Shown: positions 15,656-29,862, counted from the stretch's first letter. The stretch: DNA of 64,000 bases from Tubiluchus corallicola (GCA_030141605.1 JAQGDQ010000011.1:1360066-1424065), one strand, 5' to 3'. Notes: a model not told the origin generated them from the sequence alone. Made by a program: numbers and translations.

Positions 15656-17983
15656 CCACTGCTACGTAATCGAAGTTGTTATGTTTTTGTTTGTTGTATT
15701 TGTTTATTACCATCGGTTAACATTGAGCTGTTTGTGTAAAAAGATCGGGTGACGTATTTTTTGGGTTAAATTTCAAATTCTGTTGCAAACTAGGAGACAA
15801 AATGTTCCCTAATTTTATGCTAATAAACTCAGTTTCATTGAATCACTTTGACAAATTATTTTGCTAGTGCATTTAGTGTATCTGTGTTGGTATCGTCTAG
15901 CTTTGCTTAATTAATTAATTGCCAAATGAATCTTTAGTGGAATGTTTTTCCGATTATTTGCAGGAAAACTAGGAAGGAAAACAGTTTTAATGAACATCTC
16001 GTGTGTAGAAGTTGGTATGAAGTTTTCCCATTGTGCATCTTGGAATTTGTTTTCAGTATGACAAAAAATAGGTTATTTTAATTAAGGGAATGTAGTGTGC
16101 TAAACATTGACTTTCGACCGTCTTTTGAACTGTATCACTGGCTTGTGAAACATTCTATGCCATTGGGTTTTAAAATATACACAACTTAGAGGATGGCTAT
16201 GAAACTTATAAACTGAAATTGTGGTACCAATTATTTTCCTTGAAGTACAGTATCATCATCATGCTTTTCCTTAGTCACTTAGTTTAGTAGTGACCGCATT
16301 AGTCTCTTACATACACATATTTGCTGTAGTCGGAGGCACGTTACGTTTAAGAACTTCCAATTAACTTAGTACCCACAGAAGATGCCAAAACCACGCTAAG
16401 CCAATGGTTAGGTTTGGTATAAAATGAAAGAAAATATTTGATGTTTTCGATTTCCTCTTTAAAAGTTTTTCTTGGTCTCGGTTTGAAACGTGTTTTTTCC
16501 TATCTTACGTGAATTGTTCCTTGTTGAGCAAGGGAGTGCTACATCTTACTTTAGAATGGCTTATGTTAAAAATCTTCAAGTGTTTACAAGCAATTTTTTA
16601 TTCATTTGCTGCAAAAATTCTGCTGATTTTTTGGTAATTTGACCTTAAAGCTCTAACCAAAATACACAGTTTTGATTTTTATTCTCGTTCAAAATTAAAC
16701 CACTTCATTTAAAATTTTAGCATGCATTAGTGATATTACTGTGAGATGATTGGATAATTACTGTGTGCTGGTTGGTAGTAGCCCGAATGCGTGTGATGCT
16801 CATGTCTAGTAAGTATGAGCAAGAGTGCCTCATTTTTTGGCGTAAGTCATTTCACATTTTGTAATTTTAATAAAAGACTGAATTCGTTTTTGGTGGCAGG
16901 CCCGAAGACGGCTCGTTCGATGCAACAAGTGCATGCTCTTCCAATCTATTACGTGTATAAAGCTATGTGTGAGGTAGCGCCTTTCGTATTTCTTATGAAA
17001 TGTGTGTATATAGTTAATATATGTGTAAGTATTTTATTAGTTTGTAAATGCGAATTACTTTGCTGTAAGCGAGGAAAGGACAGTTTATTTTGCTTAAGTC
17101 ATGTTCCCTAATGAGCAAAATACCGATATTTATATGACCAGAAATCCACTGGTATATGTTGACATGTAAGCTGATTAAAATGTTTAACATTATCTTTGTC
17201 ATCTCATCTTTTCTTACTGATACTGCCTAAGCTATGCAAAGTGTTGGGCATATGATTAACCACACCTTATTGTGGAAACTTGCATCATATTAAATGTATT
17301 TTTATCTGAATAAATGATGTTTGTGTAATTGTAATAATTTGTGTATAATAGTACATAAAGCATTTTTGCCCGCGGCATAGTGTTTATATAATGTTGTTTC
17401 ATGTGTTTGTATCGCTAGTGAATTTTAAGTGCTTAGTTAGCTTTCAGACTATTTTTGCTAAAATTCCGCTGTGCTTGAAACTGTATAATTTTTGCTGAAC
17501 TTAATGATATTGCATTACTGAAAACTACTAAGTCACAAATTACTGAAATTATGTGTTTGAAACAGTACAAAGCACCAGAGCTACAGCTACGTAATCAGTG
17601 TATGGTTATTTTTAGGTTATGATATCAGATATGAAATACAATAAAAGTAATCAACAATATTATTATAATGATACGTTAAATTGCTATCAATTGTTATTTA
17701 TATTACGTATATTTAGTATTACATAGTTTAAAGGGAAACAGTACGAATTTTAGACCATACCTCAAAATGATCTGAGGATTCAAATATGACAAGAGCGTAA
17801 TTATATTGTTTTTTTTTTACTTCTCGGATACATGTTCTCACGGATGTCTAGATGGGCAACAACATCTACATATTTCTTGCAAATTCTTGGATCGCTGTAC
17901 CGCATCAATGGCAACCAGTACGTTTGCCCAGTGTTGTGCGTTACATTATCAGTAATCACATCAATTTTTTACCTTTGCATATA

Positions 17984-18168
17984 CAGTCAAACCTCCTTAA
18001 ACCATCTACTTGGGAGTACAAAAATATTGGAGTTAAGCGAGTTTGGCATTATATAGTGTATTAGTACATACACGTTTATGCAATTATAGACATTTTGTTT
18101 TGCTAAAAATTATGGCATTAAGTGAGGTTAGCATTATAACAGGTTGGCATTATAACAAGATTTGACAG
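17984..18168. mobile_element. Short Tc1/mariner (pogo/Tigger-like) MITE
   Basis: TA|CAGTCAAACCT ... AGATTTGACAG|TA: imperfect TIR with TA flanks; repeated GGCATTA motifs. Confidence 0.6.
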
Positions 18169-19306
18169 TATTTGGCAAGGCACTCTAATGAAGGCTAATG
18201 TTTTTGAAAGATTTCAGCCAGTTGTAATATTATAACATCATCAGTTGCTAATATTGGCAGGGGGTTCTTAATTAACTTTCTAATTAATTATTGTGGGCAG
18301 TGAATTACATTATTTTACACCACAGTTCAAAATAGGGTATGGTTTGAAAATTCAACCCGTTTTTCAATGATTGCTAGGTCATCAGCAGCTCCCTTGGGAT
18401 TTAACCAGATTATTTGGGTTTCAGCACTTAAACGGATCTTCCGCAGTATCATAATGGTAGAATATGAATATTCCTTGAATTCTGTGAACTGCCATTTGTT
18501 GCTTGAGTGAATTTTCATATTGTGTTGTTAACTTTTAGAGCTGCAGGCTTTTAGAGTTTTGCATAAGTACATAATTATTTTTATATGATCATTTTTGCTG
18601 CACTCAGTTAAACCAAATGCGTATTCAGATACAAATGTTCTACATTATCTCTAGCCATTCTTTAGCTACAGCCAAACATTTGATAGTTGTAAATGCTTAA
18701 TTTTGAATCCGTAGTCTTCACTTTTACATAGGTACTTGAACACAAACATTTGCGAAGTTACTTATGTATCTATTAGTAATGTAAATATGTCTGCTTTGTT
18801 ATAGTAACTCTTATTAGTTCAGTAATAATTTTGTAGATGGCGATGCAGTGCGTATAAAACAACGAAATTTACTGACAAGACAAGCGATGCATTATTAAAT
18901 TGGTGCTTTAAGGTGGCATTCGCTGAGTGTATAATTGGCATTAATTTAATATCATAACTATTAAATGAATGTTATTAATGTATAAACAGTACATGTGTAT
19001 TCACGTATAAATTGGCTTCATTCTGTTGTTAAAGAGAAAAAATGCTTGGAAGTATAAAGGCATTTTTTTCTGCTTCAGGAATAATGTTAGTATGTAAATG
19101 TACTTAATTTGACATACCAAAATCCCCATGATTCCACATAAACAATTGCCTTGTTTTCCGGAGCAACCCCCTAATCAATAAAACTGCTCATTATAAGTTT
19201 ATTCTTTACTAGGGTGCTACTTGAAAAATGAAACAGTTGTGCACAGTTATACCAAACAAATCCACAAAAAATCATTGTCGCCTGAATTTTGAAACCTATT
19301 GAACTA

Positions 19307-19771
19307 CAGTCAACCTCTGGTATAAGGTACTCGCTTATAAAGGACTACCAACACCGGTCCCGATTTTTCGTAATGTTTTCCTATGTAAAAATCTTCGTAT
19401 ATAAAGTACTCGCATATAAGGGACTTTCGGTTATAAGGGACGATATCTTCAGGTCCAGCGTAATAGAAACTCAGGTAAATTACCTCGCATATAAGGGACC
19501 TTATGATGAAAGCGAAATTGATCGATTTTTAATCTCAATTTTTCACAAACTCAGCCTTCGAACAGCTTGGTTTCCGTGGTCACATACATCTCGCATCACT
19601 GAATGAACTTCCTATATACCATTTGCACTGAATGTGTAGCAATAATCCATAAAAAAATAGATAAAAGTGCAGAAAAGTACAGGTGTAGATACACCATCGG
19701 TCTGACTCAACTTCGGCTATAAGGGACCGTTTTTCCGGTCCCGAGGTGTCCCTTATATCCAAGGTTGACTG
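19307..19771. mobile_element. Tc1/mariner (pogo/Tigger-like) MITE, 465 bp
   Basis: TA|CAGTCAACCTCTGGTATAAGG ... CCTTATATCCAAGGTTGACTG|TA: clear TIR, TA target duplication, internal TATAAGGGAC repeats. Confidence 0.88.
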
Positions 19772-22120
19772 TACATCTAAAGTTCACAGAATTTTTTTGA
19801 AAAATGTCACAGACTAAAAGGTCAGCTCACTGCACATTGTAACCATCCAATGTTCAACATTTGTTCACTAAGCCTAACCTTTGCCTACTGTAACATTTGC
19901 ATTAAATACATCAAGCTCAGCATGTAGTTTTGGAAGCAAAAATACTTTAGCAGTATGAACTATTCATATGCGGACAAACAGAGGTTAATGAGCACAAAGT
20001 CGTTTAGTACACCTAACTACTACAAATCCAAAAAAACTGTTTGGTGTTCTGACAAAACAGCAAAAGTAGCTTACTACAGCAACAGTTATTATAATAATAA
20101 CCACAGTGTAAATTTATTCCTTTTTAAATGTATAAAGATTAAGAATGTGGTAGAAATAGACACAATATAAGTACATGTACACATAATATGTGATAATCTG
20201 ACAAGAAATTTACAAATCTAAACAATTATGGAAGCACATGGGTAAATGAGTGCATATAGTTACAAGTCAGTCACAAGTAATCACACATAAAAACACAAAG
20301 TGTATTTTCTGGGTGGTGCAGATGTCACAATTTTAATTTGCAGTGTACTAATGAAGGTCAGGGTAATGGCTACTTGCATGGACACTGGACAGTCATGTTT
20401 ATACTGATCAAAAACTGCTGCTACCAATAAGTACAAGGTACGTATAGTTGATAAGTAAATACGCTGAACAGAATTTCTGTTTATACATAGTAATGCATTT
20501 ACCATTTTTGTGAAGAAGAAGAACTATGCCACAGAGAGTTACTAAGCAGCATTTAAACCAATTATGAAACGGCAACCGCAAATTTGTGCATTTCAGTCAA
20601 AATTTGTGCAAACAAGGTGAGAGCTAGCACATTTCCCCGAGGCACGCCACAGAACAAACTTTCCAGCATATCCCACACTGGTTATTAACCACCGGGCAGT
20701 AATAATTGAAACTAAATTGGCACCTAATTGACGCTGTTTACACACAGCATGCCCACGCTGCAGTGTGCAATTATGTGTTATAGCACACAATATACATATA
20801 AGACTCATGTTCACAAGGTCCGGGTAGCTTATTGCATAGAAAATTACATTATTGCCTGTTCAATTATTCGCCACTGCAAACTTGTTGGCCTTTAGAGTGA
20901 AATGCCTGTGTGCAATGTGCAAACAACAAACTGCTTAACGGCTTTGCCAACATTAGATGAAGAAATAGGAAACAACGATACAAAACAACAACGAAAAAGA
21001 ACTATATCGTAAATGTTATCGGTAAAGGTCACCAAACTATTAAAATCTTACAAAATATCATAGAAAAGGCACTAAACTTGCGTTACAATAATTTGTTTTT
21101 TTCCATCCTAAGACGGAGATAAAGTCTTCATGAATGGCAGAAGGCCCAAAGTTCACATTCTAGCTGAGGAATAGTTTTCACTGTTTTCTCATGCAAAAGT
21201 TAGAAGTTACTGTCTTCTTCTCAAGGTAGACTGGAAAGTCGATAATATCATCAGTGACTGGTAAGCCATCCATATTAATTAGATAATTAATTACATTCAT
21301 ACTTTGATCCGCTTACAAGGAACACAGTTATCAGTTCCAGCAACAAAATTAGAAAAAGCTGCCTCACATAATCTTTGAATTTAGTAAACTTAACGTTTGT
21401 ATAACATATTAAAATAGACATTTAAATCAGAACACATTCACCTTCATTAAGTTAGCTAAATAACGATTAATATCAAATGTATTATATACATAATATAATT
21501 TCTGCTAACGACCAATGGAATTGTGTATTGAAACATTTTACAGTAGTTCTTACCGACACTTTTTCCTTGGTATCAACAGCATGCGACTGGCATCAATAGT
21601 GTCAGCAAGTAGACAATGTCCAAACAATCACGCACATGCAAGTTTTCAAAATGTGCAAGTATGCATGCGGATTGTGTGCCGTCGCCAAGCACTAGTTGGA
21701 AATGTAAAAATAAAATGCATGTAATTACGACAGCAGTAGAAATGCGCATGAGCAGTTACTATAACTCCCACAAGTAGTTCCTTAACTTGAACTAAAAACA
21801 TTCGTGTTGAATTTTGGACTTCCACAAAATGTTTATCGAATATTATGCACAATTAGATAAACATTTAAGAAAGAAATTAAGTAAAATATTTCAGTACATT
21901 ATTATGCATGATTAGTCATCAAAAAAAGAACTGGCAAAACTTTGTCTACCAATCCCCTCCTTCATTTTCTTCACTGATGGCACTTTATAGGTGACTTATT
22001 CAATACAGAAAAAATATAATGACTTGGAGTAAGTATTACTACCATTCTATCAATAGTTCTCAGGCTCAGTTCAGTATTTTACAAAGTTTCAATATTTATG
22101 GATTTGTTTCGTCCTGCTTT

Positions 22121-25100
22121 TTACAATGTCCCATTATCCATCATCTTATTTAGCTCGGCTACGAGCGTGGCGAGGTTCACCCGGTGTGGTCCGTCTTTTT
22201 TGAACACCGCTTCGAGGAAATCCGGCTTTGCAAAGTACTGGAAAACATGGTCCGACCGGTCCAACGATTTCTGCGTCAAATGTCGCTTAATCACGAGGGT
22301 TATCATGGCGCTTAACTCTAAGAGCACTTTAGAAAGGTAATGTTTGTCGAAAGAGAAGTCTACTTCATAGAAACTGACCACGGTCATGCAGGCCGACTGA
22401 AATTTCTTTCGGAACTGCTCAGCGACCCTCAGTTCCTCCTGATTCAACTGATTGTTCCTGTACAGGATTCCGACCTTGATCACAGTTTTGATTAAATACT
22501 TCATCACTTTTTCAGCATCTTTCTTCCCCGAGGAATTAGTGGATGATGAATACTCCTTTGCCATCTTGTAAAGGCAATCCAAAGCACTCCCTAAAAACAA
22601 CAAAACAGAATAACTGCTCAGTAATTTACACGAAACCTTATGAATCAACTTATAAGTACTTATGCAATGCCAATGTTCAGTCCTAAGAGCAGCCCTAGAT
22701 TAACCAATGTAAGCACGTGCTTAGGGCTTCATGAGAAGGTACCGTAATCTTTTCAGTGCTTAGGGCCCCTTGGGGTATTAATCCGGCCAGAGCAAGACGA
22801 TTCGTTAACTTTAGTAAATTTTACTCCACACAAAAATTCATCTCTGTGAGGCGCCAGATCGCCGTTTATTTGCACGTGTCGTAAGTTTTGTCTTGATCTA
22901 CCATAAAGTCTTAGCACTTCTCCAGTCAGCGCAAACCAACAAGTCGATTCCTTGTCTAAAGTAACGGAACTCTAAAAGGAAATTAGTTTATAGTGTAACC
23001 AGTTTCAATGGTTGCGTGATGTCAACCAAGTAGCATTTCGGTTGGGACAAGTTATTTATTTTTGAGATAATACACATGTAGTCTAAAGGGGAAGAACAAC
23101 AACAGAAGACTGCAAGATAAGTACAGCAATTGCAAAGTGGTAATCACTTACTTAGCCAACTTGTTATTAGTTTAACAATTTTTGAATACTCAAAGTGAGC
23201 GTTTCTAACTACTAATAAAATAAAGGTCTAATCCTGGCTAAAAAAATGAGGTATAGTGTGGTCACTTCTCACGAATAACAAACGCAAAAAAATCACCATT
23301 TAGAAGGAAATAAGCTGCTATCCTGTTTATGGGTTTACAAAAACCCTTAAACCTACTGCACATGTTTAAAATTACTAATCGAAAGCTAGACTTTGTTGTT
23401 TTTTAAACCTAATGACGTAAACCACGTTTAATTTAGCAACTGCCAGTCAGCCTGCAAAAAAGCTAGTGTCAAGTTTCAAACGAAACGCTTTCAATTTTTC
23501 ATTCAAACCTGAAGCATCTTAGGCATCAAAGGCAAAGCATGTAAAGCTTGAAAATAATCCAGTTAACTAAGCATCGACATGCTAAAGCTATGTTCATATT
23601 TAAACAGTAAGGAAAATGACATCAGCAAACACGCTTCACTTACTAATTTTTACCAGGTCTATGTTCCACAACTTTAGAATGTAGTGGTTAGTACAAGGAA
23701 AATAAAATGCCTAAATTTCGATTTAATTTACAACGAGTTTTTAAAGTTAATGAAGGTAATGCTTGCAGCATACAGATATAGATATTTTTAACTCACACAA
23801 ATGGTTAAACACAAAATTTGCAAGAGAAAATAGAAGGACTAAAAATAACAAAGCCCAACGCAAGGGCAATGTATGACCATAGGGTCCTTTAAACGTTGCC
23901 ACATCTTTTGAAACACTGCAATGCAACAAAGAAGTAGCTTACCAGTTGTAGCATGTATGAAGATTGCAATGCAACAAAGAAAAAGCTTACCAGTTGTATC
24001 ATCTATGAAAACTTTTGCAATGCTCTTTGAAGTCATCTTCCCAAGAATTTTCTTCTGGGCTTTTAGCCCAATGTCCTTTGCTTTGAAATGACTGTCCGTC
24101 ACTGCAACATAAAAATACAGAATACACGCTTAACAATGAACATCCAATAAGCAATGATTATCATTCACTACAGAAGGTGCAGGTTTAACAGTAAACACTC
24201 AACAAACAATGACGGTAATTCACTACAGAAGGTGCAGGTTTAACAATGAACACTCAATAAACAATGACTGTCATTCACTACAGAATGTGCAGCTTTAACA
24301 ACGAACACCCAACAAACAATGACTGTCAATCACTACAGAAGGCACGGGTTTAACAATGAACACCCAACAAACAATGACTATCATTCATTACAGAAGGCAC
24401 AGACCTAACAATGAATACATAACAAACAATGACTGTCATTCGTTACAGCAGGTATATAGACTTAGCAATGTCCTAAGAGCAATTTTTAACAATGCACATT
24501 TAACAACACCCAGTAACACATCCATGTAACATGCCTGGCTACCACTGCAAAATGCCAGACAATGCAGAAACAAACACATTCACAAATGTATCACAGACAA
24601 TGTTAAAACTGTGATGTAGATTCGATTAGACTATTCATTCTAGAATAACTTTCATACGCATTGATTGCACTCCTAACAATGTATATTAATTAAACAAAGG
24701 TCACTTAACATCAGATAAACACTTTAGGACAAACTTATGCCTACAAAAGGCTACGAAAGTTGACGAAAGGATCTCTACTTCAGGTATTGCACCCATAGAC
24801 AACCACTTAATAATGTCCACCACTTATAAACTAGACAGAAAATAACTACAGAAAGTAAACAGAGTTTCTAGCCCTAACACTGTATAATATTTGGAACAGC
24901 CATTATACTTAACAAAAGATGCCTCTCACCGAATACAAAAATAAATTTGTACTACCAATTACCGAAGTATATGAAACAATGCACACCTCAAGCATTGCTA
25001 CCAGAAGTACTGACTTTAACATTGTTCACTGTTTCAGAGCACAGAGAAAGGCAAATTTCTAGTTCTAACAATGTGCATTTACAAAACAATGATTGTTTAT

Positions 25101-28100
25101 ATCATTGGAAAACAAAGACAAAATTATGTATACCAGAGTGTACGAAACAATGTGCACTTCAACAATTACAACCAGAGGAAGCCACATAACAAGGTTCACT
25201 GCTTCAAGGCACAGAGAAACTTCATGTTCTAACATCAAAAACAATGATTACTTAATAATGTGATTGTCTATTACTGAAATGCAAAAAAAAACTATGTAAC
25301 CAGTGTGTACGAAACAATGTGCACTTGAAGCATTACAAACAGAGGGAGCCACTTAGCAATGTGCACTCCAAGCATTACAACCAGAGGGAGCCACTTAACA
25401 ATGTTCACTGAGCTTCAAAGTACACAGAAACAGGCGCTGCTAACAATCAAACCTAGAGAGGGAGGCTTTACAATGCAAACTAAGCGAGATCTCGTGTCAT
25501 ACTTCAGGCTATTTCATGCATCATTAATGAAATGGTAGCAGCTGCAATTAACTACATCAGATCAGTTATTAGCATCTTGTTGACGTGAGGAGAGTATTTA
25601 TAAAATTCACACATCAAACATGCAGCGCTCAAACATTACACAGCAGGTCTCTGTGCAAACTCTTATGCCAATATTAAACCAAGAACAATAACAACACGTG
25701 TGCAATGTGTGACACGTGATCTTACATATTAAATAACACCTAGTACATGTACAATGGCGCGGTAGCTGCGCAATCTTTTCATATGAATGGTATTATCGAA
25801 TGTTTGAGTCAGGCAATTTGGAAAATTGCTAGTTAGCGAGTATTGCAACCGTGTGTTCCATTTAATTACAAGATTAATTAAAGCGCCTTCAAAAAATTGA
25901 GCAGTATTTAAATGCGACATGGTTAGGCCTAATGTATTACATGAACAGCACCAAGAAAAACAACCCGTTTTTCCGGGCATACAGCATTTTTCTAAGCATG
26001 TACAGGGTGGTATAAAAAGTTCTTACATTTCTGCTCTACCTCTAACCAAATAAATAAAAACTAAGGCAGCATGAAATTAAAACCGTGATGCGAAAGCTTG
26101 TTCATTTGCGGGTCTTTAAGGGCATTGGCTGCACTAAGCGCACTGACTAATCGCGTCACAGTTTCTTTTAAGCAAAGCAGCATACATGATTTACGCCCAC
26201 ACAAAACCAAATATACACGTAATACAAAAATGCGTCCCGTTCCATTTCTTATTCTTTGTAAGCTGATTTACCGATCTCGTAGATCAGGTGGTTTTGGTTT
26301 CTCATTGCTTCAGATCGAAACCGTCAGTTCTCATGAATCATTTTCATAAGTTCAGTCAATAAAGTGATGTGATAAACTAGGGGAAGCATAGACAGAAACA
26401 TGAACAAGAGAAAAAGTAAAAGACGCTACAATGGATATTAGTTAAAATTTATTAATTCATCATAAATATTTTGTCTCTCACTGTCTATTTTGAAAGTAAA
26501 ACTGAATCATTCTTTAAAATAAAAAGATCCCGAGCTTTTTACACTACTTCGTTAGGATGCAATACCTGGGTCACGATTCACATACCTGTATGTTCTAAAG
26601 AAGGCAATGCCAGTTAACCCGAAAATGTATGACTTTTCGAATCTATTTTCGAGTGTCTACACCTACTGTCTACTGTCTACAACAGCCGTATGAGTTGGGG
26701 TTTTAATGACACGGCAGTATGTAACTAGTGAAGCTGAAGCATAAAGTTTGAGTTTAAACTGCTAGAACGGAGTTGCGAAAAATCAATTAAAAAGAAAAAA
26801 AGAGCTAAAAACAGAACTCAAACAGTTAAAACTGAAAAAAAAAACATTTTATGAAGGAGGTTGATAAGTCAATACAAGACAAAGTACCCATATGAACATG
26901 AAAACGCAAGAAACTGATGTTAATCGAAGCGAAGCAATAATTTTTAACCACATAAATACAAAGCACAGTAATAAACCATATTAACATAACACTACACAAA
27001 GTTACACAAGCGCATCGCTGTCTAACTAGAAGAGCGTGTAGAACCCAATTTGCAGTATAAATAAACTGTACCGGTTCCCAAATACAGCAAGATTGATTTT
27101 GCGGATACCCTGCAAACGATGTGTCCACTGCATCTCATTTCAAACCGATTTTGGTCTCTCAAATGACAATGGTGGTTTTATAAGGGCTTTGGACACATTG
27201 TTTGTTTGGACACATGTTATTTCTACAGATATATTTTGACATTGACATACCCACACAGGATAATTTGGATACATAGGACATTTGGTCATTAGGCATTTTT
27301 GGCACTAAGATATCTGGACACAAGGTACTGCAGGAAATTTGGACACTAGGTACAGTATTTTGGGCACGTATGCCATTTGAACACAAGGTCGAAGTCATTT
27401 ACACTACGTAATTCTGACCATGCAAGTCCTTTACGTACAAGTTACTGTAACACGTAAGTAATTTGATCGTATATAAGTCATCTTGAAAGTGGAAACATGT
27501 ATAATTTCGGCACAGTTAATTTGACCTATTGGTTACCTATGAGCCAGGTGCCCTAGCTCAATCTGGACTTTTTCATAATTTCTTTGTTTCGGCTAAAGTT
27601 TAATTACACCATTAATTAGTAATCTTGAAATTCAGATAATAATAAATTAAATCTAATATGTTGTCATTTTAAAGCCGATGATTTGGACAGGTTATTTAAA
27701 TACGTAGATAAATCGGACACGAACTATTTAGACAAAATACCATAAAAATTTGGATTTAACATTGTACCACTTAGCAATATGGTAAAAAATTACGTAAATA
27801 GGCCTATTAGGGCGCTTTCATAGATTGAGATATCCCCGTGCGATGACGGTAGCTGCAGCGATCACGGTTACTACGACAGATACGATTGGTACCGTGCGGC
27901 GATTGCGACAGATACGGCTAATTAACTGAATCGTACTTTAAGTGTGAAAATAATTCATTTAGATTGAGGTGTTTAGGTATTAATTAAGATAAAAAGGCGA
28001 ACATTGGAAATGAATATTTTCCTGGAAGATTTTTCTTTACGGACTATTAAAATGGGCAATACAGTTTGTCAAGTGATGAAGAATTTTGCCTGACCAACTG

Positions 28101-29233
28101 CAGGCCCGCCCAGGTAAAAACGAATTTCGACGTTCTCACCATAGTTACAGTTGCCGCATGCTAATACCTAGTGTTCCGAGGAATTCCTAGTGTTCAAATG
28201 GCCTACGTGTCTAAGTGAACTGTGTGTCCAAATCACCCTTTGTCCAACATCTATCTGTGAAAATAGCTTACGCGTACAAATTACCTATGTGTCCCAAACA
28301 ACTTGTGTCAAAATGACCTATGCGTCCAAATGTCTGGTATTTAAAGTGTCAAAGTGTGTTTAAAGGAATATGCGTCCAAATGACCTCTATGTCCAAAATA
28401 CCTTTTATCTAAAGTAACTTGTGTCCAAAAGGCTAAGTACCCTGCGTCCAAATGTTTTGTGACGAAGCATTCTGTCACGTGCAAATGTCTGTTTGGAAAT
28501 GTCTGCACACTGGGAATTGTAACGGAAAAATATTGTTCAAGTTTCAACACGGATTAGAAAACCGATCTTACAAGTACTTAATAACCACAGTATACTGTTC
28601 TTTTTATTTACATCTAGTGCAGAAAACAAAATTGCTGCTGTTTTAATTATTGATTTTGTATTACAAAGACGGTTCGAAATTTTTTGAGGTTACTTTCAAA
28701 TTTAAAATTTTCTGGAAACATTTGCCCTCAATTTTTTGCACCCTTAGCCTACCATGAAATACATACACCCTTAAGAAAAACAAGTTTTAGTATTTTTACA
28801 ACCTTAACCTAGTCTCATTTTACAAGGTCTTGAATGTATTTGAAAACTAGGGCTGTATCATCTTTCAACACCGAAGTCAATGCGCAATATTCTGGAAGAT
28901 TCCACAGCCTAAAATAAGCCACTTACACTCTTTCAGTTAAGACAGTTTAGCATAACTGCGTAGAACTCTCACAGGTATTTATTCACTAAGTTGTACACAA
29001 AAAACTCCCAAAAATTCAAAATTCAAAAATGTAGAATAAAAAAAACAATTACAGCGATTTCCAAAAATGGTGTAAATCAAATGCATGAGCTTGGGAAAAT
29101 GCAAGTGCTTTATGTGGTGCGCCAGACGACACCTACCCTTTTCGTCTTCGTCATCAGTGCTCAATTCGTTCACCACATCGTCGATTGGCAATCCCAGGAC
29201 TGCTTCTCTATTGAATACCTGCGCCTCCATCAT
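22121..29233 (-). CDS. TNFAIP8: TNFAIP8/TIPE-family protein (shared exons 24101-23991 and 22590-22121; best-supported first coding exon 29233-29137; 225 aa for this isoform)
   Basis: Shared exons give (V)TDSHFKAKDIGLKAQKKILGKMTSKSIAKVFIDDTTGSALDCLYKMAKEY...KKDAEKVMKYLIKTVIKVGILYRNNQ...VSFYEVDFSFD...KMMDNGTL*, typical TIPE motifs (AQKKILGKM, LIKTVIK.GILYRNNQ). Exon 29233-29137 (MMEAQVFNREAVLGLPIDDVVNELSTDDEDEK) ends in a phase-1 donor AAGG|GTAGGT matching the phase-1 acceptor at 24101. Orthology to one particular vertebrate paralog cannot be assigned. Confidence 0.92.
23918..24025 (-). repeat. 48-bp tandem duplication of a TNFAIP8 exon end plus splice donor
   Basis: GCTTACCAGTTGTA at 23937 and 23985; translation shows FIDDTTGKLFLCCIA / FIHATTGKLLLCCIA. 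Confidence 0.9.
24130..24470. repeat. 55-bp minisatellite, ~6 copies
   Basis: Unit ~TTAACAATGAACACYCAAYAAACAATGACTGTCATTCACTACAGAAGGTGCAGGT starting at about 24130, 24185, 24240, 24295, 24350, 24405. Confidence 0.92.
24960..25440. repeat. ~170-bp diverged tandem repeat, ~3 copies with an internal 40-bp re-duplication
   Basis: GTGTACGAAACAATGTGCACTT...ATTACAACCAGAGG-like block near 24967, 25138, 25305; CAGAGGGAGCCACTTA repeated near 25340 and 25382. Confidence 0.8.
26272..26305 (-). CDS. TNFAIP8: Candidate alternative first coding exon of TNFAIP8 (MRNQNHLIYEI; 204-aa isoform)
   Basis: GCAATG AGA AAC CAA AAC CAC CTG ATC TAC GAG ATC G|GTAAAT: open, phase-1 donor compatible with exon 24101. No homology support. 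Confidence 0.45.
27184..28510. mobile_element. Foldback-like non-autonomous element with inverted arrays of short subterminal repeats
   Basis: Left arm has many TTGGACAC variants (27189-27730), right arm many GTGTCCAA/GCGTCCAA variants (28190-28455) at roughly 17-bp spacing; no ORF; exact ends uncertain. Confidence 0.65.
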
Positions 29234-29862
29234 CACGAGCAATATGTACCCCTAAAGCTCTACTATTAACGATTAAGTATCGCACACGATTTATACTGAA
29301 TTTAGTTTACAGACGACGATCCAAGACAGGTTTACAACAGGCGACAAAAGTTACCACCGGTTCTCATTTAAGTACAATATAAAAATTACTCAACACGTCT
29401 GGAAACAAAGTCCACAATGATGTCATGGTCTTCACTAAACAAGCATGGTGATACAAACATGTTCAAAAGGTTTGTTGGGGGAGATGCGTCTGTTTCACAA
29501 ACTGTTCAGAACACCGAGATTTAAGGCATCTATCTCACAATTACACTATAATAATGATACTATAATTAACGCTTCTCCAAACTTCATTTTTGACAATGCT
29601 AGACAAGAGCGCTACGGTCCAGTAGTTGCGTCTCTTCAATGTATATTTTTTCCTCTCTCAGTGTGCACTACACGAACAGCATACAGAAACTGTGAATAAC
29701 AAGCACAGAGCTTATTAATATTAATTAAGGCTCCACACCGACTGCATTGAACCACTGGTCAGTACGCAGCGCATTCACGACAATTATAGATATTGCGAAT
29801 AGATCAATGACTAGCCGACACGCGCACGCACGCATGCCCAGGTGCGTGTAAGTTAGGTCAGG

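Noticed and set aside
24130-24470. Regularly spaced repeats resembling a CRISPR array (also 35431-35582 and 48698-49224)
   Set aside because: Units are contiguous with no unique spacers, no cas genes, and the context is a eukaryotic intron.
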